Below, in pieces: positions 27,201 through 41,400 of a stretch of 54,943 nt of DNA (position 1 is its first letter; the number at the start of each line of letters is the position of its first letter). The position numbers and the translations under genes were made by a program. Origin of the DNA: Podarcis erhardii (lineage: Eukaryota); NCBI GenBank assembly GCA_964252035.1, contig CAXUOO010000113.1, one strand, 5' to 3'. The notes below the pieces were generated by a model that did not search any database, was not told the DNA's origin, and was given only the letters and a program-made list of their open reading frames with translations.

Positions 27201-29988
27201 CAGTTTTAGAGGACCGCATTGCGAAAAAATTGTGTTACATGAATGTCAGCTCTCTTGTGGCCCCGCGTATTTGTGTTCTGTTTATATATAATCACACCAT
27301 AAGATGGCAAGCATTTTTTTCCACGATGCAGTAGATCTGGTGAAGGCTGCGCCGTCGAGTGTATACTTTTACAAGGTGATTTTTGCAGCAGGTTTCGGCG
27401 CTCAGAGTAGAGGATAATGGTTGCACATCAACGAGTTTACTGGGTCGCGTGAATGCTGTTCGCCTGGTAGTTCATGGAAAAGTCCGTTCGATATATCGTT
27501 GAGTGTTTTATTTAGGAATGTGTGATTCTTTGCATGCACAAAATTGGGCTCAGGAAAAAGACACTTCCCTTACAGCGCGTTACGTGTAATGCAGGCTGTT
27601 CTCTCAATTGTATACAATCAGGAAGTGAGCCATGCTACCAGTTTTCGTTTTAAGAGGTAAATGTGAACGATTGCACAAAACCAAATTTTTATAGGCGCTT
27701 GTCAAAAAGTTTATTGCCAGTAGTTCAAAAAAGACAGCTTTAGATAAATCAATAGGTAGACCCTATAGTGTGTTGTTCTTGAAAGTTTTTTGCACTCGAC
27801 TAGAGAGGGAATATCTATATATCTTACGGTGCGTTACACATGATGTGGGCTGTGCTGTAGAATGTATATACTCAGAAAGAGATTCGCCAAGTATATTCTC
27901 GAATATCGCCCAGTGTATGGAAGGCTGAAAGCAGCAATTTCAAAACGGCACACGTTAAATTTATCTATTGTGTTACACGGCAGTATAAATTGCTGCAGCA
28001 AACCCGTTCTTGACTGCATGATTGTGCCCACATATCATAACAGCATAAATATAAAGTACAAAAATTTTCATTCAAAAGGGAATACATTTTTTGCATGCTG
28101 CCGTCGAGTGTATATGGTCAGGAGGTGAGCCGGTAGCAGGTCTTCGATGCTCAAAGTAGTTGTGAACGGTTGCACAAGGACAGTTGTACAGATGGTATTT
28201 CATGGAAAGTACCTTCTGATGTATTAGTATTGTTTCCAGTTAGAAATATCTCTATGTTTGCAAACAAAGCATCGAATACAGGGTGTAACCTCAAGGCACG
28301 TTACACGTAGTGCAGCTTGTACGGCCGAATGTGTACTTTTAGGAAATTAGCAGATAAGCTTTTTCTCGAACGTCGCCGTATCTACAGAGCGATGCGCAAC
28401 CTCAGTTTCAAATATCAGATTGTACACAAGGTACATGTGCAAATTGGATACCCGCGATGTACAGCAGTACGTGAATTGACGACAAGTGAATACAACGCAA
28501 GAAAAAACTGGGAGTAATCCTCATCGAGTGACAGTCCCTTGATTTTAGGCTGCGCGGACAAATGTAAATTTTTACCCGATATGCATACAGCACATTTTCG
28601 AGCCTCAAAGTAATTACAAGGGGTTGCACTCCAGAATTTTCAAACGCTCCCGTTGCAAACTAGATATACTGTGCTACACGGAAGTCTGAAGTGCTACTGC
28701 AGCACGTCGGTTGACTGCATGATCTTGCTTACATAATATCACATCGTAGAATCACGTTTTCATGGTGAGTACGTTTTTGCAGGCTGGTTTGTCGAGTGGT
28801 GAGCCGTGTTGTAAACGTGGGTGCTCGAAGTACTTGTGAACGGTTGCACAACGACAACTGTACAATCTCGCATTGAGCCCAACTTACCTGCTAGTTCCTG
28901 GAAGATAGAATCTGAATATTAGTATATATTTCATTCAAGAGTGTATCAATGTTTGCAAGCACAGCATCGTAAGAAGTGTGAATCCGTACGGCGCGTTGCA
29001 CGTGGTGCAGACTGTTCGGCGGAATGAGCAGATTCAGGAAGTGAGTCGAGAAGAAGATTCCCAAACCTCGCCTTATCTATTAAGGTTGCATCAGTTTCAA
29101 TGTGTCAGATGGCAAAGTAGATCTACTGTGCTATCTGGTTACCCGCGATATACAGCAGTACATGAATCGACAATTTGTATGTTTTTCCAAACTGAATTCA
29201 AGACAAGGAGACACTAGGTTTTCTTCTCATCATGTCTCAGTTCCTTCATTCAGGCTGCGCGGCAAAATGTATACTTTGAGCAGCTGATCAAGCAGCATTT
29301 TTTCCAAGTATTAATTGCACCAGGAGCTGCACGTCTGCGAATTCAGAGGCGCCCATTGCAAACTAAATATATGTGTTACACATGATTCTGAAGTGCTATC
29401 GCAGCGCGTGCGCTCTCTGTGTAAATTTCCCTGCACATTACCAAGGCATAAAAATAAAGAACGAGTAGATTCTTTAAGGATGCAATAAAATTTTCACAGG
29501 CTGCGCCGTCAAGTGTATGTACGTAGGAGGTGAGCCGTGCAGCAGATTCCCGGTGCTCGATGTATATGTGAACGGATGCACAGCAACAACTGTACGACCT
29601 CGCACTGAACGCTATAATCCTGCTGCTTCATGGATGCAAGCTGTGATTTATCAGTATCTGTTTCATTTGGGATGTATCTATGTTTGCATTCACAGTCATC
29701 AAAAAGTGTGTATTCTTGCGGCGCGTTCCAACTGCAGGTTGTGCGGTCGAATGTGTATTTTTTGGAAGTGAGCCGGGATGATCTTTTCGAACATTCTTCG
29801 TATCTACGAAGGGTTGCACAGCATCGATTGTCAAGTGCTACATTATAAAGTAGATATACTGTGCTACTTAAATACCTATAAACATCTACAGCACTTCATG
29901 TTTGGAAATATTGTGATATTCATAAGCGACGACAACACAAGCTTAAAGTAGGAGTATTTACTTTTCACTAAGCCGCGAAACTCTCATT
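24230..29988. repeat. Left diverged monomeric/trimeric layer of the satellite
   Basis: Monomer heads near 25890, 26143, 26386, 26635, 26883, 27112, 27345, 27593, 27848, 28094, 28313, 28546, 28780, 29015, 29250, 29497 and 29735. Degeneracy increases leftwards. Confidence 0.85.
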
Positions 29989-32407
29989 TCAGGCTGTGCA
30001 ACCAAATGTACATCCTGACCATATGACGTGCAGCACATTGTCGCGCACAACAGTATTTTTTTAGGGCTGCATAGCAGCACATTCAAACGCTTTGTTTTCA
30101 ACCTAGACACACGGTGATACACGAAGTTAAGAACTCTATAGCAGCGCATGCTTTGAGTGTCTGATTATGCTTACTCAGCACAGCATAGAAATGATGTACG
30201 AGTTTTTTGCCTTAAAGTAGGAAAAATACTTCTCAGAGGCTTCTTCGTGGGCTGTACATTTCCAGGACGTAAGCTTCGCAGCCAGTATTTGGTGCCGAAC
30301 CTGTTTGTGGAAGTTTGCACAGCAACAACTGTATAACCTAGATTGAATTCTATTTATCTTATATTACATGGAAAATAGCATTTTATACACGTGTATGTAA
30401 ATCACTCAAGCATGTATATGTGTTCGCAAAAAAGCAATTTACTATAAAAAAGTGTTTTTTGTACGGAGCGTCGAATATAGTGCAGGCTAGGCCATCGATT
30501 GTGTATATGATCAGAAAGGGAGCCACGCAAGAGGGTTTCTGTGTCTGAGGCATCTATGCACAAATGATCGGCAGTTTTACAGCCTCGGTATGAAAGCCTA
30601 TAGACATTGATGACAGCATTTGACACAGCAGAACGTGAACCTTTTGGTAGCGACTGTCTGTGTGTGTGAAATTGCAGCGTGAGATTTACGAGAAAGCGTT
30701 GATTTTCACGGTGCGTTACTAGTAGTGCGAGTTGTGCGGTCGAATGCGCTTTTTAGAAAGTGAATCAGAGGACAAAATCCGTATTCATGAAGAGCTGCAC
30801 AGCAGCATTTTCAAGGCTTCCCATTGCAATGTATTTGTAGTGTGCTACACGGAATTCAAACGTGTTATAGCAGCTCGCATTTGCTAATTGCTTGATTGTG
30901 CCCACGTATAATCACAGCTCAGCAATGAAGTACGAGTATGGTACTTTACAATAAATTTTGTTTTCTTTCAGGCTGCTGTATCGACTGTATACTTCTAGAA
31001 AGTGAGGTTTGCATCAATGTTTTGGTGCTCGAAGTATTTGTGAACGTTTTCACGTGAAAACTTGCATTGGCTTGCGCTGAACTCTGGCTATATGGTAATG
31101 GAAGATCGCTTCAGTATAACAGTATATGTTTCATTCAAAACTGTATTTACGTTTGCAAGCATAGCATCAAAAGAATTGTGTATCGGTATGGCGCGCTTTA
31201 CGTAGATCAGACTGTATGTTCAAATGAGTATATTCAGGAAGTGAGCCGAGAAGCATATCTTCGTACGTCGCCGTATATACGGAGGGTTGCACAGCATCAG
31301 CTTCAAGTGTCAGATTGTAAACAACATATGCTGTGCTACTTGGTAACCAGCAACATACAGCATTACATGGTTTGGAATATTTTATGTTTGCAGAGTTGAA
31401 TAAAGTACAAAGAGGAACTAAGAGTGCTTCTCATCAGGCTGGATCACTTTCGTTTCATGGTGTGCGACAAAATATATGTTTTGAACGGATAAGCGTGCAG
31501 CAATTTCCAATTTTTTAAGTGTTTGTATGGGGATGCACTTCAGCAATTTCAACCGCTCCCATTGCAAATTAGGACTATTGTGTCGTGCGCAAGTCAGAGA
31601 CGTACAGCAGCGCGTGCTTCAGCTGCGTGGCTGAAGTTACATATTTTCACATTATAAGGTTGAAACTCACGATGCAATACGTGTTTTGCAGGCTGCTCCA
31701 TCGAGTGTACAATCTGTAGAAGCAAGCTTTGTAGCAGGGTTTCGGCTGTGGATGTATCGTTGATCAGACGCACCGTAACAATGGTGTAGGCTCCCTTCAA
31801 TCACTGTCCTTCTGATGGTTCCTGGAGGAGACGGCACCTAATATATCAACTTTTGTTTCAAACATGTATTTGTATGTGGTTGCATCAAAACAAATGTGTA
31901 TTCTTACGGTGCGGTACACGTAGTGCAAAGCGTAGGTTCGGATGTATATGTCCAGCACAAGCATATTTTTGATTTTATTTATGAAAGATTGGACAGCAAT
32001 CTCGAAGTGTCACATTGCAAAGTAGATATACTGTGCCATGTGGATGTCAGATGATAAAAAAACAGAGTCTGCTTTGAGTACTCGAATATGTGTACAAGTG
32101 AACCCATACTAGAATGTAGTAGAAGTGACTTTTCTCACGCCGCAGCAGCTTCATTGCAGACTGTGCGATCCAGTGTGTATTCTCAGAACGTGAGCCACGC
32201 AACACGTCCTTGACATCGTCGTACTTATGGAAGGTTGCACAGCAGGAGTCTCAAGAGATTGCCTCGCATAGTAGATTTACTGCGTCACATACAATCCATA
32301 TGCACTAGAGCAGTGCATGAATCAACTAGTTGTCTGTTTTGATCAAAAAATACACACCACTATAACAAACTAAGACGAAGGCTCTTTCAAGTGGCATTAC
32401 TTTCATT
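29989..32407. repeat. Older, diverged copy of the 10-monomer HOR unit
   Basis: Colinear with the HOR unit monomer by monomer (e.g. 30483 corresponds to 32905, 31925 to 34328). Clearly more diverged than the core copies; identity rises near 32290-32350. Confidence 0.85.
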
Positions 32408-35400
32408 CAGGCTGCGTTTTTGATTGTATATTTTGAGCGAATGATAGTCTAGCACGTTTTCGAGCGTCACAGTCTCAGAGGAGAGTTGTCCAGCAGTAAT
32501 TTTAGACGCGCAAACTAGATGTATCGTGCTATGCGAATGTCAGAAGTGCTATAGCAGCGCTTGCTCTGACTGCCTGGTTGTGCTAACGTATATCCATACC
32601 ATGAGAATGAGCTGCCAGTTTTTCTTTCTCAAATGCAATATGTCTTTTGCATGCTGCGCCGTCGGCCTATATTCTAAAGCATTGAGCCGTGCATAGCAGA
32701 TTTTCGGTGCACGAATTCTCTGTGAACGCTTACAAAGCAACAACTGTGTAAGCACTGCTGCAAACTATGTATCTGATATTCCGTCGAAAGTACCTATTTA
32801 TATACAAGTACGTAGATGATTCAAGAATGTCTACGTGTTTGCAAACACAGAAGTTTACTTACAAAAAGTGTTTTTCGTACGGGAAGAGGTCGTCAAATAA
32901 ACTGCAGGCTGTGTGTCATCGAATCTGTATATGACCAGGAAGTGAGCCATGCAGCGGGGTTTCCCTGTTCAAGAAATTTATGAACGGATGCACAACAGCA
33001 GTTGTAGAGCCTTGGGATGAAAATTATATAGCTCATAGTCATTGATGACAGCACTTGATATAGCAGAACGCTAATCGCATAGTAGTGAGTGTCTGTGTGT
33101 GTTTGAAACTGCAGCGTGAGATTAGAGAAAACGCGTGGATTTTCATGGCGCGTTACTAATAATGGGAGTAGTGCGGCCGAATGCACAGTTTTGGAAAGGG
33201 GTTCAGAAAACCAAAGCCGTATTTATGAAGGTCTGCAAGGCAGCATTTTCAAGGCGTCCCATTGCAATATAGGTAGAGTGTGTTCCACGGGATTCAAGCG
33301 TGTTACAGCAGCGCGCGTTTGCTGATTGCTTGATTGTGCCCACGTGTAAACACAGCTCAATAATGAAGTACGAGTATTGTTCTTTACAATGAACTTCGTA
33401 TACTCTCAGGCTGCTTTATCGAATGTATACTGCTAAAAATGAGCCTTGCATCAAAGTTTCGGTGCTTGAAGTATTTGTAAACATTTGCAGGGGAATTCTT
33501 GCCTTGGCGTGCATTGAACTCTGGTTATCTGATAGTTCATATAAATAGCATCTGGTGTATCAGTATATGAATCATACAAAACTGTATTTACGTTTGCAAG
33601 CATAGCATTGAAAGAATTGTGTACCGGTATGGAGCGCTAAATGTAAATCAAACTGGACGGTCGCGTATCTTTGTACGTCGCATATATACGGAGGGTTGCG
33701 CAGCATTAGCTTCAAGTATCAGATTGTAAACAACATATGCTGTGCTATTTGAGTACCAGCAATATACAGCTTATACGGTTAGACAAGTTGTATGTTTTGA
33801 ATGAAACAGTAGGAAAAGCTGAAAGTGCTTCTCATCAGACTGGATTACATTCATCTCGGGCTGCGGGACCAAATGCATATTCCTAACAGAAATGAATGAA
33901 GAAAATTTTGAGTTTCAACATGTTTTCACGGGATGCACTTCAGAAATTTCAGACGCTCTTTTCGCAAGCTAGGTCTACTTTTCTCATAGGTATTAGAACA
34001 GCGCATGCTTAGTTCTGCATCTCGGAGGTTACACATCCGAACAGCGTGAGAATGAAACGTACGATGAAATACGATATTTTTCAGGCTGTTCCGTGGAGTG
34101 TACATTCGCAGGAAGCCAGCCTTGGAGCATGGTGTCGTTCGTCGATGTATTTTCGATTGGCTGTATAGCAACAATTGTATAGGCTCGCTTTGAGCACTGT
34201 TTATCTGGTAGCTCATGGAGGGGATGGCATCGTATATATTACTACTTGTTTCATCTAAAATTGTATATGTTTCTGCAAGCAAAACATCAAAAAGAGCGTG
34301 TACTCTTACGGTGCCTTATGCGTAGTGGAAAGTGTGCGATCGGATGAGTAAATCCAGCACAAGCATATGTTTGATTATAATTGTGGAAGATTGAACAGCA
34401 ATCTCGAAGTGTCACATTGCAAAGAAGTTAACTGTGTCACCTGGATGTCAGATGCTTGAACAAAGTGCCTGTTTTGACTAACTGAATATGCTTACAAGTG
34501 AACCGGGTACTAAGGTGTAAAGCAGAAGTAGTTTTCTTCACGTCGCAGCATGTTCATTGCAGACTCTGCGATCCATTGTGTATTCTCAGGACGTGAGCTG
34601 CTCAGCACGTCTGTGACTCCGCGGTACTTGAGAAAGTTGCACAGCAGGAGTTTCAAGGGTTGCCTTGCATAGTAGATATACTGAGTTACATACAAGCCAT
34701 ACGCATTAGAGCAGTGCATGAATCAACTAATTGTCTCTTTTGATTAAGAAATACACACCACTATAACAAACTAAGACGAAGGCTCTTTCAAGTGGCATTA
34801 CTTTCATTCAGGCTGCGTTTTTGATTGTATATTTTGTGCAAATGATAGTCTAGCACGTTTTCGAGCTTCACAGTCTCAGAGGAGAGTTGTCCAGCAGTAA
34901 TTGTAGACGCGCAAACTAGATGTATCGTGCTATGCGAATGTCAGAAGTGCTATAGCAGCGCTTGCTCTGACTGCCTGGTTGTGCTAACGTATATCCATAC
35001 CATGAGAATGAGCTGCCAGTTTTTCTTTCGCAAATGCAATATGTCTTTTGCATGCTGCGCCGTCGGCCTATATTCTAAAGCATTGAGCCGTGCATAGCAG
35101 ATTTTCGGTGCACGAATTCTCTGTGAACGCTTACAAAGCAACAACTGTGTAAGCACTGCTGCAAACTATGTATCTGGTATTCCGTGGAAGGTACCACCTT
35201 ATATACAAGTACGTAGATCATTCAAGAATGTCTACGTGTTTGCAAACACAGAAGTTTACTAACAAAAAAGTGTTTTTCGAACGGGAAGAGGGCGTCAACT
35301 AAGCTGCAGGCTGTGTGCCGTCGAATCTGTCTATGACCAGCAAGTGAGCCATGCAGCGGGGTTTCCCTGTTCAAGAAATTTATGAACGGATGCACAACAG

Positions 35401-38400
35401 CAGTTGTAGAGCCTTGGGATGAAAACTATATAGCTTATAGTCATTGATGACAGCACTTGATATAGCAGAACGCTAATCGCTTAGTAGTGAGTGTCTGTGT
35501 GTGGTTGAAATTGCAGCGTGAGATTAGAGAGAACGCGTGGATTTTCATGGCGCGTTACTAATAATGGGAGTTGTGCGGCCGAATGCACAGTTTAGAAAGG
35601 GGTTCAGAAAACCAAAGCCGTATTTATGAAGGTCTGCAAAGCAGCATTTTCAAGGCGTCCCATTGCAATATAGGTAGAGTGCGTTCCACGGATTCAAGCG
35701 TGTTACAGCAGCGCGCGTCTGCTGATTGCTTGATTGTGCCCACGTGTAATCACAGCTCAATAATGAAGTACGAGTATTGTTCTTTACAATGAACTTCGTA
35801 TACTCTCAGGCTGCTTTATCGAATGTATACTGCTAGAAAATGAGCCTTGCATCAAAGTTTCGGTGCTTGAAGTATTTGTAAACATTTGCAGGAGAATTCT
35901 TGCATTGGCGTGCATTGAACTCTGGTTATCTGATAGTTCATATAAATAGCATCTGGTGTATCAGTATATGAATCATACAAAACTGTATTTACGTTTGCAA
36001 GCATAGCATTGAAAGAATTGTGTACCGGTATGGAGCGCTAAATGTAAATCAAACTGGACGGTCGCGTATCTTTGTACGTCGCATATATACGGAGGGTTGC
36101 GCAGGCATTAGCTTCAAGTATCAGATTGTAAACAACATATGCTGTGCTATTTGAGTACCAGCAATATACAGCTTATACGGTTAGACAAGTTGTATGTTTT
36201 GAATGAAACAGTAGGAAAAGCTGAAAGTGCTTCTCATCAGACTGGATTACATTCATCTCGGGCTGCGGGACCAAATGCATATTCCTAACAGAAATGAATG
36301 AAGAAAATTTTTAAGTTTCAACATGTTTGCACGGAATGCAGTTCAGAAATTTCAGACGCTCTTTTCGCAAGCTAGGTCTACTTTTCTCAAAGGTATTAGA
36401 GCAGCGCATGCTTAGTTCTGCATCTCGGAGGTTACACATCCGAACAGCGTGAGAATGAAACGTACGATGAAATACGATATTTTGCAGGCTGTTCCGTGGA
36501 GTGTACATTCGCAGGAAGCCAGCCTTGGAGCATGGTGTCGTTCGTCGATGTATTTTCGATTGGCTGTATAGCAACAATTGTATAGGCTCGCTTTGAGCAC
36601 TGTTTATCTGGTAGCTCATGGAGGGGATGGCATCGTATATATTACTACTTGTTTCATCTAAAATTGTATATGTTTCTGCAAGCAAAACATCAAAAAGAGC
36701 GTGTACTCTTACGGCGCCTTATGCGTAGTGGAAAGTGTGCGATCGGATGAGTAAATCCAGCACAAGCATATGTTTGATTATAATTGTGGAAGATTGAACA
36801 GCAATCTCGAAGTGTCACATTGCAAAGAAGTTAACTGTGTCACCTGGATGTCAGATGCTTGAACAAAGTGCCTGTTTTGACTAATTGAATATGCTTACAA
36901 GTGAACCGGGTACTAAGGTGTAAAAGCAGAAGTAGTTTTCTTCACGTCGCAGCATGTTCATTGCAGACTCTGCGATCCATTGTGTATTCTCAGGACGTGA
37001 GCTGCTCAGCACGTCTGTGACTCCGCGGTACTTGAGAAAGTTGCACAGCAGGAGTTTCAAGGGTTGCCTTGCATAGTAGATATACTGAGTTACATACAAG
37101 CCATACGCATTAGAGCAGTGCATGAATCAACTAATTGTCTCTTTTGATTAAGAAATACACACCACTATAACAAACTAAGACGAAGGCTCTTTCAAGTGGC
37201 ATTACTTTCATTCAGGCTGCGTTTTTGATTGTATATTTTGTGCGAATGATAGTCTAGCACGTTTTCGAGCTTCACAGTCTCAGAGGAGAGTTGTCCAGCA
37301 GTAATTGTAGACGCGCAAACTAGATGTATCGAGCTATGCGAATGTCAGAAGTACTAAAGCAGCGCTTGCTCTGACTGCCTGGTTGTGCTAACGTATATCC
37401 ATACCATGAGAATGAGCTGCCAGTTTTTCTTTCGCAAATGCAATATGTCTTTTGCATGCTGCGCCGTCGGCCTATATTCTAAAGCATTGAGCCGTGCATA
37501 GCAGATTTTCGGTGCACGAATTCTCTGTGAACGCTTACAAAGCAACAACTGTGTAAGCACTGCTGCAAACTATGTATCTGGTATTCCGTGGAAGGTACCA
37601 CTTTATATACAAGTACGTAGATGATTCAAGAATGTCTACGTGTTTGCAAACACAGAAGTTTACTAACAAAAAAGTGTTTTTCGAACGGGAAGAGGTCGTC
37701 AACTAAGCTGCAGGCTGTGTGTCATCGAATCTGTCTATGATCAGCAAGTGAGCCATGCAGCGGGGTTTCCCTGTTCAAGAATTTATGAACGGATGCACAA
37801 CAGCAGTTGTAGAGCCTTGGGATGAAAACTATATAGCTTATAGTCATTGATGACAGCACTTGATATAGCAGAACGCTAATCGTTTAGTAGTGAGTGTCTG
37901 TGTGTGTTTGAAATTGCAGCATGAGATTAGAGAGAACGCGTGGATTTTTCATGGCGCGTTACTAATAATGGGAGTTGTGCGGCCGAATGCACAGTTTTAG
38001 AAAGGGGTTCAGAAAACCAAAGCCGTATTTATGAAGGTCTGCAAGGCAGCATTTTCAAGGCGTCCCATTGCAATATAGGTAGAGTGCGTTCCACGGGATT
38101 CAAGCGTGTTACAGCAGCGCGCGTCTGCTGATTGCTTGATTGTGCCCACGTGTAATCACAGCTCAATAATGAAGTACGAGTATTGTTCTTTACAATGAAC
38201 TTCGTATACTCTCAGGCTGCTTTATCAAATGTATACTGCTAAAAAATGAGCCTTGCATCAAAGTTTCGGTGCTTGAAGTATTTGTAAACATTTGCAGGGG
38301 AATTCTTGCATTGGCGTGCATTGAACTCTGGTTATCTGATAGTTCATATAAATAGCATCTGGTGTATCAGTATATGAATCATACAAAACTGTATTTACGT

Positions 38401-41400
38401 TTGCAAGCATAAAATTGAAAGAATTGTGTACCGGTATGGAGCGCTAAATGTAAATCAAACTGGACGGTCGCGTATCTTTGTACGTCGCATATATACGGGA
38501 GGGTTGCGCAGCATTAGCTTCAAGTATCAGATTGTAAACAACATATGCTGTGCTATTTGAGTACCAGCAATATACAGCTTATACGGTTAGACAAGTTGTA
38601 TGTTTTGAATGAAACAGTAGGAAAAGCTGAAAGTGCTTCTCATCAGACTGGATTACATTCATCTCGGGCTGCGGGACCAAATGCATATTCCTAACAGAAA
38701 TGAATGAAGAAAATTTTTAAGTTTCAACATGTTTGCACGGAATGCAGTTCAGAAATTTCAGACGCTCTTTTCGCAAGCTAGGTCTACTTTTCTCAAAGGT
38801 ATTAGAGCAGCGCATGCTTAGTTCTGCATCTCGGAGGTTACACATCCGAACAGCGTGAGAATGAAACGTACGATGAAATACGATATTTTTCAGGCTGTTC
38901 CGTGGAGTGTACATTCGCAGGAAGCCAGCCTTGGAGCATGGTGTCGTTCGTCGATGTATTTCGATTGGCTGTATAGCAACAATTGTATAGGCTCGCTTTG
39001 AGCACTGTTTATCTACTAGCTCATGGAGGGGATGGCATCGTATATATTACTACTTGTTTCATCTAAAATTGTATATGTTTCTGCAAGCAAAACATCAAAA
39101 AGAGCGTGTACTCTTACGGCGCCTTATGCGTAGTGGAAAGTGTGCGATCGGATGAGTAAATCCAGCACAAGCATATGTTTGATTATAATTGTGGAAGATT
39201 GAACAGCAATCTCGAAGTGTCACATTGCAAAGAAGTTAACTGTGTCACCTGGATGTCAGATGCTTGAACAAAGTGCCTGTTTTGACTAACTGAATATGCT
39301 CACAAGTGAACCGGGTACTAAGGTGTAAAGCAGAAGTAGTTTTCTTCACGTCGCAGCATGTTCATTGCAGACTCTGCGACCATTGTGTATTCTCAGGACG
39401 TTAGCTGCTCAGCACGTCTGTGACTCCGCGGTACTTGAGAAAGTTGCACAGCAGGAGTTTCAAGGGTTGCCTTGCATAGTAGATATACTGAGTTACATAC
39501 AAGCCATACGCATTAGAGCAGTGCATGAATCAACTAATTGTATCTTTTGATTAAGAAATACACACCACTATAACAAACTAAGACGAAGGCTCTTTCAAGT
39601 GGCATTACTTTCATTCAGGCTGCGTTTTTGATTGTATATTTTGTGCGAATGATAGTCTAGCACGTTTTCGAGCTTCACAGTCTCAGAGGAGAGTTGTCCA
39701 GCAGTAATTGTAGACGCGCAAACTAGATGTATCGAGCTATGCGAATGTCAGAAGTACTAAAGCAGCGCTTGCTCTGACTGCCTGGTTGTGCTAACATATA
39801 TCCATACCATGAGAATGAGCTGCCAGTTTTTCTTTCGCAAATGCAATATGTCTTTTGCATGCTGCGCCGTCGGCCTATATTCTAAAGCATTGAGCCGTGC
39901 ATAGCAGATTTTCGGTGCACGAATTCTCTGTGAACGCTTACAAAGCAACAACTGTGCAAGCACTGCTGCAAACTATGTATCTGGTATTCCGTGGAAAGTA
40001 CCTATTTATATACAAGTACGTAGATGATTCAAGAATGTCTACGCGTTTGCAAACACAGAAGTTTACTTACAAAAAAGTGTTTTTTCGTACGGGAAGAGGT
40101 CGTCAAATAAACTGCAGGCTGTGTGCCGTCGAATCTGTCTATGACCAGGAAGTGAGCCATGCAGCGGGGTTTCCCTGTTCAAGAAATTTATGAACGGATG
40201 CACAACAGCAGTTGTAGAGCCTTGGGATGAGAACTATATAGCTCATAGTCATTGATGACAGCACTTGATATAGCAGAACGCTAATCGCTTAGTAGTGAGT
40301 GTCTGGGTGTGTTTGAATCTGCAGCGTGAGATTAGAGAAAACGCGTGGATTTTCATGGCGCGTTACTAATAATGGGAGTTGTGCGGTCGAATGCACAGTT
40401 TTAGAAAGGGGGTTCAGAAAACCAAAGCCGTATTTATGAAGGTCTGCAAAGCAGCATTTCCCAGGCGTCCCATTGCAATATAGGTATAATGTGTTCCACG
40501 GGATTCAAGCGTGTTACAGCAGCGCGCGTCTGCTGATTGCTTGATTGTGCCCACGTGTAATCACAGCTCAATAATGAAGTACGAGTATTGTTCTTTACAA
40601 TGAACTTCGTATACTCTCAGGCTGCTTTATCGAATGTATACTGCTAGAAAATGAGCCTTGCATCAAAGTTTCGGTGCTTGAAGTATTTGTAAACATTTGC
40701 AGGGGAATTCTTGCATTGGCGTGCATTGAACTCTGGTTATCTGATAGTTCATATAAATAGCATCTGGTGTATCAGTATATGAATCATACAAAACTGTATT
40801 TACGTTTGCAAGCATAGCATTGAAAGAATTGTGTACCGGTATGGAGCGCTAAATGTAAATCAAACTGGACGGTCGCGTATCTTTGTACGTCGCATACATA
40901 CGGAGGGTTGCGCAGCATTAGCTTCAAGTATCAGATCGTAAACAACATATGCTGTGCTATTTGAGTACCAGCAATATACAGCTTATACGGTTAGACAAGT
41001 TGTATGTTTTGAATGAAACAGTAGGAAAAGCTGAAAGTGCTTCTCATCAGACTGGATTACATTCATCTCGGGCTGCGGGACCAAATGCATATTCCTAACA
41101 GAAATGAATGAAGAAAATTTTTAAGTTTCAACATGTTTGCACGGAATGCAGTTCAGAAATTTCAGACGCTCTTTTCGCAAGCTAGGTCTACTTTTCTCAA
41201 AGGTATTAGAGCAGCGCATGCTTAGTTCTGCATCTCGGAGGTTACACATCCGAACAGCGTGAGAATGAAACGTACGATGAAATACGATATTTTTCAGGCT
41301 GTTCCGTGGAGTGTACATTCGCAGGAAGCCAGCCTTGGAGCATGGTGTCGTTCGTCGATGTATTTTCGATTGGCTGTATAGCAACAATTGTATAGGCTCG

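Noticed and set aside
29735-29830. Monomer head as a tRNA-derived SINE or snoRNA cassette
   Set aside because: GGTCGAAT only loosely resembles a B box. No A box, cloverleaf, poly-A tail, target-site duplication or consistent C/D boxes.
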